NCBI GenBank assembly: GCA_943704415.1
Contig: CALSCO010001328.1
Location: forward strand, 1 to 64,000
DNA: 64,000 bases
DNA from: Parvularia atlantis
Lineage: Eukaryota
Reading direction: 5' to 3'
Shown here: positions 1 to 13,747 of the stretch, in pieces
Layout: each line of letters opens with the position of its first letter
How positions within the stretch are numbered: position 1 is the first letter of the stretch
Notes under the pieces: model-generated
The model's input: only the letters and a program-made list of their open reading frames with translations
Databases searched by the model: none
What the model was told of the DNA's origin: nothing
Translations under genes and position numbers: made by a program

Positions 1-120
1 CCCCCCGCTGGCCGCGCGCTCTTGCCTCCTCCCCTTCCCTCCCGCCGGGCTGATCCGCCGCTGCTTGCGCCACCACCGTCCGCGGGGAGACTGACGCTCG
101 CGCGCCGCCGCACGCCGCAG

Positions 121-1981
<1,861 letters not shown>

Positions 1982-2245
1982 CGCGCGCCGGCGGGATATT
2001 TGTTCGGCAGCCCGTTTGAGCACTGATCCAAGCAAGCAACAAAGAAAAAAAAAGACCGTCGCAAAGCTGGGCCGTCCTCCCTTCCCTTTCACGCGTGTAT
2101 GCGTCGCATGTCCCCTTATCGCCCTCTGATCGTCGTTCCCGCTTCCCCCCCCCCTCCCCTCTTCTCCCGGGCGAGTGCCGTTCCCCATGTCGTGCTTTAG
2201 ACCGCACTGGCCGGAAAAAACACAAGAGCACGCAGCGACACGCAG

Positions 2246-3595
2246 CTACAATAGGCCGATGTTGGGGCGGTACTTGAGCACGAGCTGCTCGTTCGGGTCG
2301 ATCGCCCGCGTCTTCTGCACAAACTCGAGCGACAGCTCGGGCCCGAGCACCTCACCGTTGAGGCAAATGTCGAGCTGCGCGCGCGAAGCGTCAGCGCAAG
2401 CCGCACGCGCGCATGGCCGCCGCACGCACGTCGTTCGGCGAGTCGAAGCGCAGCTTGGACAGCAGAAACTTCTTAAGGGTCAGCACGGTCGCCTGCGTTC
2501 GCGTTCGTCCCTTGGCACGTGCGGCGCTCAGCCACCCGCACGCGCACCCTCGCCGACGTCTTGATGTACGGACGGTCGAGCTCCTTCAGCTTGGCCATCT
2601 TCTCCGGCGGGATGCGCTCGTGCGCGTCTTTGTGGCTCATCCTGCGCTGCGCGCTCAGCCCACACCTGCACAACCCCCGTCTGGCACGTACACCCACTGG
2701 TCGTCCAGCTTGAGCACGAACGAAATCTGCTCGTCCGGCCGCTTGGCAAAGCTGCAGAGCAAAGCGCGCGTGCGTCAGCACCGACTCCATGGACACACGC
2801 GCACGTACGCGTCCATGGCAGCGGTCGATGCCGGCGTTACGGCCGGTGTGGCGGTCGTGGCTGCCTTCTTGGCCGCGGCCTCGCCCTCCCCGACTGAGCG
2901 AGCGCGTCAGCTGGGCCACCGTGCATAGCGCGCGCGCACGCACCCTCCGCGTCCGCGGGCCGCTTGAGCCTCTGCCCCTGCTGACCCATGTAGCTCTCGC
3001 GCTCGTCCTCCACGCGCTTCTGCAGGCCCGGCACGAGCTTGTACACAATCGTCTGGATGGCGCTGTCTTTCCTACAGACAAGCGCACGCCGCGCGTCAGC
3101 AACTGTCGCGGCGCGCGCGCGCGCGCGGCTGTCGAACCGCAGCTGCTCGGTCGGGTTTGGCCCGAGCTCCTGCTGGCACATCGGGCAAAAGTCGTTGTCG
3201 CTCAGGAACTTGAAGATGCACGACTTGCAGACTGCGCGCACATCACTCAGTCGCCCGCGCCGGCACGCTCGCGCGCGGCGCACGCACAGGTGTGCATGCA
3301 CTCGGTGATCGTCGTCGCGTCGACCAGGTACCCGTCGCACAGACGGCACGAGATGAACGGCGTTAGCGTCCCGAGCTTGAACGTGATCTGCCGAAGCGCG
3401 TCAACGCCCACCGCGCCGCACGCGCCGCCGCCGCCGCCGCACCTGCCGCCCGTCCTGGATGACGGGGATGTACGTGTCGCGCGCGCCGTCGCCGTCGTCG
3501 TCGGCGTCGGCGTCGTCCGCGGCCTCATCCGCGGCCTCGGCCGTGGCCTCGTCCTCGTCGCGCGCGGCAGGCGTCGCGTCCTCAACCGCGGCCAT
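2246..3595 (-). CDS. PCGF: Polycomb group RING finger protein (PCGF3/5-like; RING + RAWUL)
   Basis: [26 protein letters not shown]...[23 protein letters not shown], and a RAWUL-like [10 protein letters not shown]...[19 protein letters not shown]...[12 protein letters not shown] ending in TAG. Confidence 0.92.
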
Positions 3596-3631
3596 GCTTC
3601 CGTGACAGCAGCCACGTGGCCGGCAAGAAGC

Positions 3632-5945
3632 ATGACCGGCGACCCGTTCTTCAAGCGCGGGCGGCGCAGTGGGGCCGGCGCGGGCGGCGGGCGCAAGCGG
3701 TCGGACGCGCCGGATGGTGGCGGGTCGCGCGGCAAGCGCAGGAGACGCGCCGAACCCGACGACGACGGCGCCGAGCTCGACGCGACGACCTACAACGCCG
3801 CGGCCGACGCGCTCGACGGCGACGACGCGGACGGGGCGGGCGCGGGCGGCGTGCACCGCAGCACGTTCCTGGCCGAGGAGCTCGGTGCGGGCGGGCACCG
3901 CGCTGTGACGTGCTGCGCGCGTGGCTGACGGCGCTCAGGCGCACCTGCACGCGCACACGGCGGCGACGACGACGCAGACGGCGACAGCGACGACGGCGAG
4001 ACCGCGGCAGAGAAGCGCGTGCGCATCGCGAAGCAGTACATCGACCGGCTGCAGCAGACGCAGGGCACGCCCCGTCGCGCGCACGGGAAGCGTGCCGCTG
4101 CTGACGCGCGCGCGCAATCGGACGGCAGGCCGTGTGGACGACGTCGATGCGGCAGAGATCGACCGCGAAAACATTGCCGCGCGCCTGCGCCAGGACGCGG
4201 TGCGCGCCCCGCGCCGGCCGTGCCCTGAGCGTGTGCTGACACCGCGCGTGCGGCAGCTGCTCGTGACCGGCAAGCTCAAGCAGGAGCTGGCAGACAAGGT
4301 GCGCAGTCGTGCCCGCCGCCGGTCCCGCGACCGCTTACACAGCGCGGCGCGGCAGATCGCGGGCGCGCTCGACGTCGACGGCAGCCGCTTCCTGCGCGGC
4401 CACCGGCTCGCACTCACGGCGGTGGTGGTCGCGGCCGACGAAAAGGTCGCGTTCACCGCGTCCAAGGAGGGGCTGATCATCAAGTGTACGGCGCCGCTGT
4501 TGCCGCCGCCGACCGGCACCTGACCGTGCGCGCGGCAGGGGATCTCGCGACGGGCCAGCGCCTGATAAAGCTGGCGGCGTTTGCCAACAAGGCCGAGCGC
4601 CGCAAGGACCGGCACACGGACCACGTCGTCGCCCTCGCGCTGTCGTCCGATGGGCGATTCCTGGTGCGCTCGCGCAAGCGAGCGTGCTCGCTGCGGCTCG
4701 CACGCTCACCCCACAGCAAGGCGTCGGGCGGCCTCGACAAGGTCATCCACGTGTGGGACGCCGCCGACCTGACGCATCGCGGCGCCTTCCCGCAGCACCG
4801 CGGGCCCATCTCAGTGCGTTTACGCGCGCTGGCAGCCGCGCGTGCTGATCGTGAGCGGCGCCAGGGCCTCGTCTTTCGCCAGGGGTCGCACCAGCTGTAC
4901 TCGGCGTCGCACGACCGCACGCTCAAGACGTTTGACCTGGACCAAATGGCCTTCATCGAAACCCTGTGCGTGCGCGGTCCCTGTCTGGCTGGCACGGCAG
5001 CTGACGACGCGTTGGCGCGCCGCCAGTTACGGCCACCAGGAGACCGTGACTGCGATCGACTGCCTCGCGCGCGAGCGCTGCGTGTCTGCGGGCGGGCGGG
5101 ACCGGTGCGACCTGCGGCGCCTCGCAGCAGCGGCGCTAACGACGGCGCTTTCGCAGCACCGCGCGGCTGTGGAAGATTGCGGAAGAGTCGCAGCTCGTCT
5201 TCCGCGGCCAGGCCGGCTCGATGGACGCCATCCGCCTGATCAATGACGAGTATTTTCTGACGGGCGACGACGCCGGGTGCGTGCGCCAACGCGCTTGTGA
5301 CGCACAGAAGCACGCTCATGTACGCGCGCACGGACACAGCGCCCTGAGCCTCTGGAGCGTCAACAAGAAGAAGCCGGTGGCGCAGGTGCCACAGGCGCAC
5401 GGCCCGGGGCACTGGATCGTCTCACTCGCCACAATCCCCTTTGCGGACGTAGTCGCGACCGGTGCGCGCCGCCCGCACCGCGCCCCGCCCGCACCGCGCC
5501 CTGGCGGCTCACACGCGCAACAGGGTCTTCGGACGGCTTCGTGCGTCTGTGGAAGGTCTCGAGCGCGCGCGCGAACATCGAGCTCGTGGGCCAGATCACG
5601 CAGCCGGGCTTCGTCAACGCGCTGTGCTTCGCGCCGTCCGGCAAGCTGCTGCTCGTCGCCACGGGCCAGGAGCACCGCATGGGCCGGTGGCAGCGCCTGC
5701 CCGAGGGCAAAAACCTCCTGCGCATCGTCCCCATTCGGCTCGCGGGCACGACCGTGCTCTCGGCCGCCTCCGCGGTGCCTGCGGTCGACGACCACCACGT
5801 CGAGGCCGCCGAGGCACCGCGCCCGGCAGCAGCAGCAGCAGCGCCAAACGGCACCGGCAAGGGCAAGGGCCACGGCAAGCGGCCAGCACCAGCCGCGCGC
5901 AAGCACAATCCCGCAGCCGGCCTGGGCGCAGTTCGCTTGTTATGA
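3632..5945 (+). CDS. RRP9: U3 snoRNP WD40 protein Rrp9/U3-55K
   Basis: N-terminal [21 protein letters not shown] repeats ([62 protein letters not shown]) and GQEHRMGRW; 11 introns. Confidence 0.95.
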
Positions 5946-5994
5946 ATGGATTGCGGCGGCGGGCGAGCTGTACAACGGCTGCACAACAGAAACC

Positions 5995-8900
5995 TCACAG
6001 CCAAAAGTTGCGACGCGCGACCTGCGCCATCGCCGCGTGGGTGAGCGCCTCGATCCACACGTCCATGTACTCGCGCGTGTCGGCCTGGAGCAGGTACGGC
6101 TTGGCGATCGTCGACGGGTGCACGACCTGAAAGACGTAGTTTTTCTTCGTGTTCTGGCGCCCGCGCGCCCTCACTCTGAGCCGCCCGCACACGCCGCACG
6201 CCGCCGACGCGCGCACCTTCAGCTCGGCCACCTGGTACGACGGCATCATCACCATGCCCATCGCCTTGGCCTCGGGCTTGTCGGCCGCGAAGTAGTACAG
6301 GCAAAAGTCCTTGAGCACAAACCACCGCAGCTTCCAGTGCGCCATCCCGACCGTCTTCAGCTTGAGCCACCCGTCAAACTCGGGCTCCTTCAGCTGCGAC
6401 AGCGTCATGTTGGGCACGGGCGGCTGGACCGCTGCGTCAGCTCGGCCGTGCACGCCGCGCGCCCGTCGACACGCGCACCTCCACAAACCGTCCGGTGCTG
6501 GGCAGCGGCTTGGCGTGCGTGTCCTCGGCTGCCGCGCGCAGGAAGGTCAGCGACCGCAGCACGGAGCGGCGCCGCGTGACGTGCCTCGTCGTTGCTGCGG
6601 CGGCGACGTCGCGAGGGGCGCGATCGTGTCGGGCGAGACGTCGGACGAGCTGCGCGTGTGAAAGCGCGACTGGCCCACGCGGCCGATGGGCCGGCCCAGC
6701 GTCGTGCCCGACTGTGCGCGCGGCACCGTCGTGCTTGTGCGCGCCTGTGCGCTGTCGCCTGCGCTCTCGGCCGCCGCGGCAGTCGCCGGCACCACCGCGC
6801 CGGACGACTCTGTCGTTGGCGTTCTCTATCCACGCGCGCGCAATGAGTACGCGCAGCACGGCTCCCCGGCAGCCCGCCGCGCACCCTCTCGCCAGCGTCA
6901 GACGGCTGCAGCGCACTCATCGTCTCGGCTGCGTGCGGCGCCGCGCTGTGTTGGTATCGCGCAGCGGCGCGGGGTCGACGTGCGCACCGAGCAGGCCCAT
7001 GCGGCGGAAGTCGCTGATCCACGCGCGCTTCTCCTGCGTCGAGTCGGCCTGGAGCAGAATGGTGCCGATAGCCTTGCCGGACACGAGAAAGATGTTGTCG
7101 GCACCTGCGAGCCGTTGTGAGCCGCGATACAACCACCGCGACGTCAAGGCCCCACCTATCCCGTTGTTGCCGTCGGGGACGTTGCGCACGCGGAAGTCGT
7201 CGTACAGCAGCGGGTCGACTTGCACCGCGAGCGACACCCCTGGCCCGCCTGCCACATGCACAGCCGTCAGCGTTCTCGCCCGGCCCAGGCACGGCAACGC
7301 GAGCGCACTTGAGCCGCGCAGCATCGCCATGGACCGGCGCGGCGACGCAACCTCGGAGGCCACCGAGGGCTGTGCGTTGCGCCGTCAGCTGCGCACCCCT
7401 AGCCGTGCAGAGTGCACCTGCGACCGGCAAAACAGGAGCATATCCGACAAGAGGATCACGTGCAGCTGGTCGGGCTTCTTGGCCCCGGCCTTGTCGCGCG
7501 TGAGCGACTGCGCGCGGGCCGCGTGGTCAGTTGCGGACGGAGCTGAGCGACGCGCGTGCCTTTGATTTGAGCCGGATGCGGCCGAGGTTGCCCTCGCGCA
7601 CGAGGTACCGCTCGCGCCCCTGCGCGTCCGTGGCCGGGTTGACGAGCGACAGCGACTGCCGCACGACCGCGCGTGAGCTGTGCGCGCACGTGCTGCCGCC
7701 AGCGCCCACCTTGCCGAGCTTGCCCCAGTCAAGCTGCTCCTCCAGCTCGTAGACGCGCTCGAGATCGTCGCCGACCTTGGCGTACTGATTGACGACGTCG
7801 ATGATCTGAGCGACGGGTGCGTCCGTCGTCAGCCGTCGCCGCCGCTACGTGTGCCCCCTTGCGCGCCTTGGTGAGCTCGTTCAGCGCCGTGTTGGCGTTG
7901 TAGTAGTCCGGGTGGCGCGCGTCCGTCACACGCATCAGGTTCTGCAGTCGCGTCAGCACGCACGTCGATGATCGCGACCCGCACCTTGATCAGCAGCGGG
8001 TACTTGGTGATGCGCTGCATCGGCAGGAGCAGGAACGTCGCCAGCCCGAGCTTGCGGCACTCCTTGTAGCCCTCGCACATCTGTGTTGCGCGGGTCGCTA
8101 AGCGCGCGCCGCTCCCAGCCCGGCGCGTGCCCGCACCTCCAGGTGCGACCGCACGAGCGCACTCGACGCCTTGGCGTTGCCGAGCTCGCGCATCGCGCGC
8201 TTCTGGTTCCCGCAGTAGTCGGCGTAGACCTGGAAGGCCTTGACCTGGCGCGCCAACGGAGGCCGGGCACGTCACGACACAGCAGCGAGGTGCATGTCCG
8301 CGCGAGACGCACGTGCTTGAGGAAGATGTCGCAGATCATGCGCACGGTCGGCCACTGCTCCTTCTGGCGCGCCTTGAGGTCCTGTGCGGCGCCCGCGGCC
8401 GTAAGCACGCGGGCATGCACTGCGCAGGCCGAGCGCGCACCGCGAAGAACGCCGTGTTGACCTTGAACAGCACCTGGATGTTCGCGAAGATCGCCTGCAG
8501 CTGTGGGCGCTTGAACGTGCGGTCGTCGATCATGGCTGACATCGGGTTGAGGAACAGCTGTCCGAGCGCGTCAGCATGGGCCGCTGCGTCGAGCGCCTGC
8601 GGCGGCACGCACGCGGATGACCAGGTCCAGGTCCGCGGCGTAGGCCTCCTCCGTCGCCAGCAGCTCAAAGATGACCTCCTGGCGCGCTTGCTCCTGCAGA
8701 CGCGCACACGCGCGTCAGCCACTCGGCAGACAGGCGCACACAGCACGCGCGCGCGCTTTTTCCGACAGCGTGCTCAGCACGCCCGACACGCCCGGCTGGT
8801 GGCGCCACAGGAGCTGCGTGTCGGCCTTGAGCAGGATCGGCGCAGTGTCGTCGTCCTGAGCAGCCCGCGAGTGAGGCGGCGACATACTCGGCAGCGCGCG

Positions 8901-11547
8901 CACCAACACAGCAGAGACCGGACGAGCCGCTGGTGGCGCCGGCTCGCTCGCCTGCAATGGCGCCGCGGACGCTGCTGGCGGGGCCGGGGCTGACCCCGTG
9001 CCGTTCGGGGTCGCTGCGGCTGCGGCGAGCGCAGCCGCGGCAGCTGCAGCAGCCGCCTTGCGCGCCTGCAACGATCGTGCCGCTCAGTGAGCACACGCGA
9101 CCGGCTCACGGCGGTGCTTGCCTTTGCCTCGGCCTCCATCGCCTGCCGGTGCGCCTCAGCTTCGGCGGCCAGGCGCGCGGCCTCGGCGGCTGCGGCGGCC
9201 TCGCGCGCCTCATCGACGGTCGACTTGAGCGTCAGATTCTCGTGCTGCATCTGCTCGCATGCGGACCACGTCAGCGACCGCTCGGTCGACGCGAGGCGGG
9301 CGCGAGCGTGTGCCTGGATCAGACGCGACTCAAGCTCGCGGATGCGCTGCTCGCTCGACTTCCACAGCCGCTCGTTCTGCTCGGCGCGCACCTCTGCGTC
9401 CTCGATCTTCTTCTCAAGCTATTTGCGGCGACGCTCAGGCGACGTGCGCGCACGCGTGGCGCGAGCGTCTTGCGCACGTCGTGGATAAACTCAGCCGTGC
9501 GCTCCTGATCCTTGACGTGCGCGACCACCTCCGTCTTGAGGATCTCCTGCAGCTCGTCGACCTGCGCGCGCACGCGCCGTCAGCGCACGTGCTGCAGCCG
9601 TCCGTGCCTGCAAACCTCGGCCCGGAGCGAGCGGATGATGACCTCGGTGTTGGCCGGCGGCGCCGACGACGTGTGCAGGCTGTCCGACTCGGTGTCTGCG
9701 GCGTGCAGGGGTGGGTGGGCAGTGAGCTTGCTACACGCCATGGCATGGCATACGACCGGCACGCACAGCGCAGGTGCGACCACATCTCGTCGTCGTCCGA
9801 CTCGTCCTCGTCCTCCTCCTCCGACAGGATCATCATCGACGTCGTCTTGGACAGCAGGCGCGACACGAGTTCGTCCGACACGTTGTCCTCCAGGAACGGC
9901 TCGTGCCGGCTGCGGTGCGGAGCGCGTGAGTACCGAGGGTGCACAGGGCCCGCGCCACCTGCGCACCCGTCCGCAAGGTCGGCCTCGCTCTGCGTCGGCG
10001 ACATGAGCGACTCGGTCGACGGCAGCGACGGCAGCGACGGCGCTGACGCCACGGTCGATGCGTCCGGCTCGGCAATGGTTACCTTGAGCAGCGGCGTGCG
10101 CGGAGTCCTGGGCGCGCGGTCGGCCGCAGCCTGCGTATTTCACTGGCATCAGTCTGCGCCACCGCTCGCGACAGCACCCCCGGCTGACCTCTTCGGCTGC
10201 TGGTGCCGTCTCGGCGGGCGGCTCCGCTGCCGGTGGCGGCGGTTGCTCCTCCACAGGCGGCTGTTGTGGTGGCGGCTGCTGTACTGCAGGTGGCGGCTGC
10301 GGGGCGGGCTGTGACGGTGCGGGCGCTGGCTCGGGCTCCGGAAAGGGCTGGCAGGCACGGCGGCTGAGCGACCGTGCCGCGTTGTGCCGTGCAGATGCGC
10401 ACCTCGCTCTCCTCGGCGTACATCGTGTACCGGTGCAGGCCGTCGTCGCTCCGCGAGTCGCCGAGCACGTACATGGACTTGATCTGCTGCTGCCTTGGTC
10501 GGGCCGCGTCTGCTTGCGGAAGCGCGCGGGTGAGCGGCTTCGGCGCGGCGGCAAGGGCGAGCGGCACCCTTGCGCGCCGGCGCCGGCGCCGGCTCGTCAA
10601 CCCGCTCCATCTTGGACAGCAGGCTGCGGTCGAGTGGGTGCACCTCAATGCCGTCGGCCGTCTTCTGCTGCGGCGGGCCCGCGCGGCGTCGGCGACGCGG
10701 CCGGCGCGCGCGGAGGCGCACCTTGGGCTTGCCGGTGGCCGACAGGAAGTTGACGTCGAACGACGCCGTGCCGTACTGCTCGTACTCGACCTGGCGCGCC
10801 TGTCTCAGCGAGCTCGCCGTCGACGCAGCGCACGCACCTCGACGTAGCCCGTGTCGACCATCTTGCGCAGGACCTGCAGCGTGCGCAGGACCTTGAGCTT
10901 GTTGAGGCCCTCCATCAGGTCGTCGGGCTCGAACAGGTCGACGTCCTTCACGCCGATGAGCTTGCACGCGGCGAGGAAGCTGCGCGTCGCGTCCGCGTCA
11001 GTCACTGGCTCACCACGCTCTCGCGGCCGCGCGGACCAGCGGATGTTCTCGATCGACTGGAACAGGTTGGTCATGCGCGCCTCCTTGAGCGGGTACTTGT
11101 ACAGGCCCTCGAGGCGCCCGATGACGGACGGGTCGATCGTGCTGCGGCGTCGCTGTCACGGTGAGGCGCGGCTGTGCGCACACACAACGGGGCGCCGCGC
11201 ACCGGGCGATCGCGCACAGCACATAGCCGCTGCGCAGCGACGTGAGCAGGTCGGTCTCGCTCGGCGGGCGGTTGAGGAAGCGCTCGATCCTGCGGCGTCG
11301 TCGTCGGCGGCGGCGTGTGGACGCGTGGGAGCACCGCGCGGGCGCACCAGGCCGCGTAGTCGCCCGCCTGGCGGGTGTAGAGCACCTCCTTCTTCTCCTC
11401 GATGTTGCGCACGAGCACCGAGTCGTTGCGGCGGCGCAGGCGCGCGCCCGACGACGCCGTCGTCGTCGGCAGCAGCCGCGGGCCGTCGTCGTCGTCGTCG
11501 TCGCCGCCCGCGAGCGGCGCGAACGTGGTCGTGCCGCTCTGCATCAT
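5995..11547 (-). CDS. RhoGEF with calponin-homology, coiled-coil, DH, PH and second C-terminal PH domains
   Basis: CH: LLTSLRSGYVLC...SIENI...FLAACKLIGV...LFEPDDLMEG. DH: RQEVIFELLATEEAY...IFANIQ...FLLLPMQRITKYPLLI. PH: LHVILLSDMLLFC...EKRAWISD. Second PH: DGWLKLKTVGMAHWKLRWFVLKDFCLYYF. Confidence 0.85.
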
Positions 11548-11757
11548 CGCGAGCTATTTCGGGCGGCGTGAGACGCGCGTTTCAGCCGCCTCTACACGCC
11601 CGCGCGCGTGCGAGGCAGGCTAGGGTGTGTGCGGGCGCGTGCGAGGCGCGGAGGTGGCGCGCGTGGCCGCAGCGGGACGTGCGTGCGGAAAGGGCAGTAG
11701 ACGCGTCAAACGGCGCAGCGACGCCCCGTCGGTGAAGCTAGACATGCGACGGCCAGC

Positions 11758-13729
11758 ATGGCCGCTACCGTGACACTCGCGTGCGTCGGCAAGCCGAGCG
11801 CCGGCAAGAGCTCGTTCCTCAACGCGACGACGGACGTGACGGCCAAGGTGGGTGCGTGGCGCGGGCTGCAACAGCGATGCACGTCGCTGCAATGCGTGCG
11901 CGCTCCCAGGCAACTACCCGTTCACAACGATCGAGCCCAACCACGGCGTGACCTACTACCCGACCGAGTGCCCCTGCCGCCGCTTCGGCAAGACGGAGCT
12001 GTGTGAGCCGCGCTACGGCACGTCCGGCCGTGTGGCAGCGCGGTGCGGGCGGACGCTGACGGCGCCGCGCCAGGGCGATGCGTCGGCGGCAAGCGTTTCG
12101 TCCCGGTCAAGATGATCGACGTCGCGGGGCTCGTGCCGGGCGCGCACGAGGGCAAGGTGCAGCGGGCGCTCGCTGCTCGTGCGCAGGCTGAGCGATGCGC
12201 GCCGATCGGCAGGGCCTCGGGAACCAGTTCCTGGACGACCTGCGCCACGCCGACGCGCTGATCCACGTGGTCGACGTGAGCGGCACAACGAACGAGAAGG
12301 GCGAGGCCACGGTGGGATACGACCCGATCAACGACATCGACTGGCTACGCAGCGAGATCCACAGGCGCGGCGCGTGCGCGGCGCTCGCGGGCGCTCGGCT
12401 GACTCTGCGCCGCGATCGCACGCCTCAGCTGGATCTACAACAACCTCAAGGGGCGGTGGTCAGGCATCGTGCGGCGGCACATCGCGACCAGTGCGCGCGC
12501 CCGCAAACACACCCGTGCCGCTGCTGAGCGACCGGGCGCAGAAAACACGCCCGCAGAGACGTTCCAGGCGCAGTTGAGCGGGTACGGCGCCAACCACGCG
12601 ATGATCCTGCGCTTCTGCGACAAAGTCTGGTCGCTCCCCGCACCTCGCACGCCGCTGACGCGAGCACGCGCCAGGCCTTTGAGCGCCTCGGCAACAAGGC
12701 GCTCGACACCTGGGACGACAGCGACCTGCACACGGCCGTGGACGCGTTCCTGGACGTGCGCTTCCCGACCGTCGTGGTTCGTGCGCTGCGGCGTCGCGAG
12801 CTGCAGCTGACGTGTGTGCTTGCGCCAGGCCTGCAACAAAATCGACCTGCCTGACGCCGACAAGAACATCACCAAGCTCGTCAAGAAGTACGACGAGGTG
12901 CGCACCGCCCCCGTCGGCCACGCACGACGCCGACGGCCCCCCCCCCCCCGCGCGCGCGCGCCCAGTCGATGCTCGTGTTTACGAGTGCGCTGAGCGAGAT
13001 CTTCCTGCGCAAGCTGGCCAAGACCGGCTACATCCGCTACGAGGAGGGCTCCGACGACTTTCGGACGGCGGACGACGCGAAGGAGGTGTGGCGTGCGGCG
13101 TGATACGCACGTCACACGGCCTTATGCGGCCGTGCCACGCGTAGACAGCCGGTGCTGCGCCGCTCAAGCCGCTCGACGAGAAGAACAAGGGACGATTGGA
13201 GAAGATCCGCGGTGCGTCGTGCGCGCGCCGTGCACGTTCACGCGGCTGAGCGAGTCTGCAGACCTCGTCCTGTACCGGTACGGCTCGACGGGCACGCAAG
13301 AGGCGATTAGCCGCGCGGTCGAGAGCCTGGGCATGCTGCCCGTGTACCCCGTGCGCAACATCAACAACTTCACGTCGGACGCGTACGTGCGCCCGCGCGG
13401 CGCGTGCGGCACCGCTGACGGGATGCGCGCGCGCCAGCGGGCAAGTGCGGACCGGGCGAGTGTTCCGCGACTGCTACCTAGTGCGGCAGGGCACGACAGT
13501 ACGGGACCTCGTGCGCATGCTGCCCGGTGCGTGGCCTTAGCCGGGCGGGGGCCGAGGTGGGGCGCTACTTACAGGTCGGCCGGGCGCAGGGGACATGGAG
13601 CGCTTCTACAACGGCGCCGAGACCGTCGGCGGCATCCAGATCAGCGACGACGAGGTGATCATGCGCGAGCGCAACATCATTGCCTTCCGCTTTGGGCAGT
13701 ATGCGCAGAACGATCTAGATGGCAGCTAA
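11758..13729 (+). CDS. Obg-family GTPase, Ygr210c-like
   Basis: [75 protein letters not shown] and VFRDCYLV; 12 introns; TAA at 13727-13729. Confidence 0.92.
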
Positions 13730-13747
13730 TCATGAACGTGTGCACTG

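Noticed and set aside
2246..2248. Genome-wide TAG reassignment in the host
   Set aside because: PCGF ends at TAG at the family's usual C-terminus (YRP...LL), and readthrough would run antisense into eIF4A. I found no in-frame TAG in the host exons checked.
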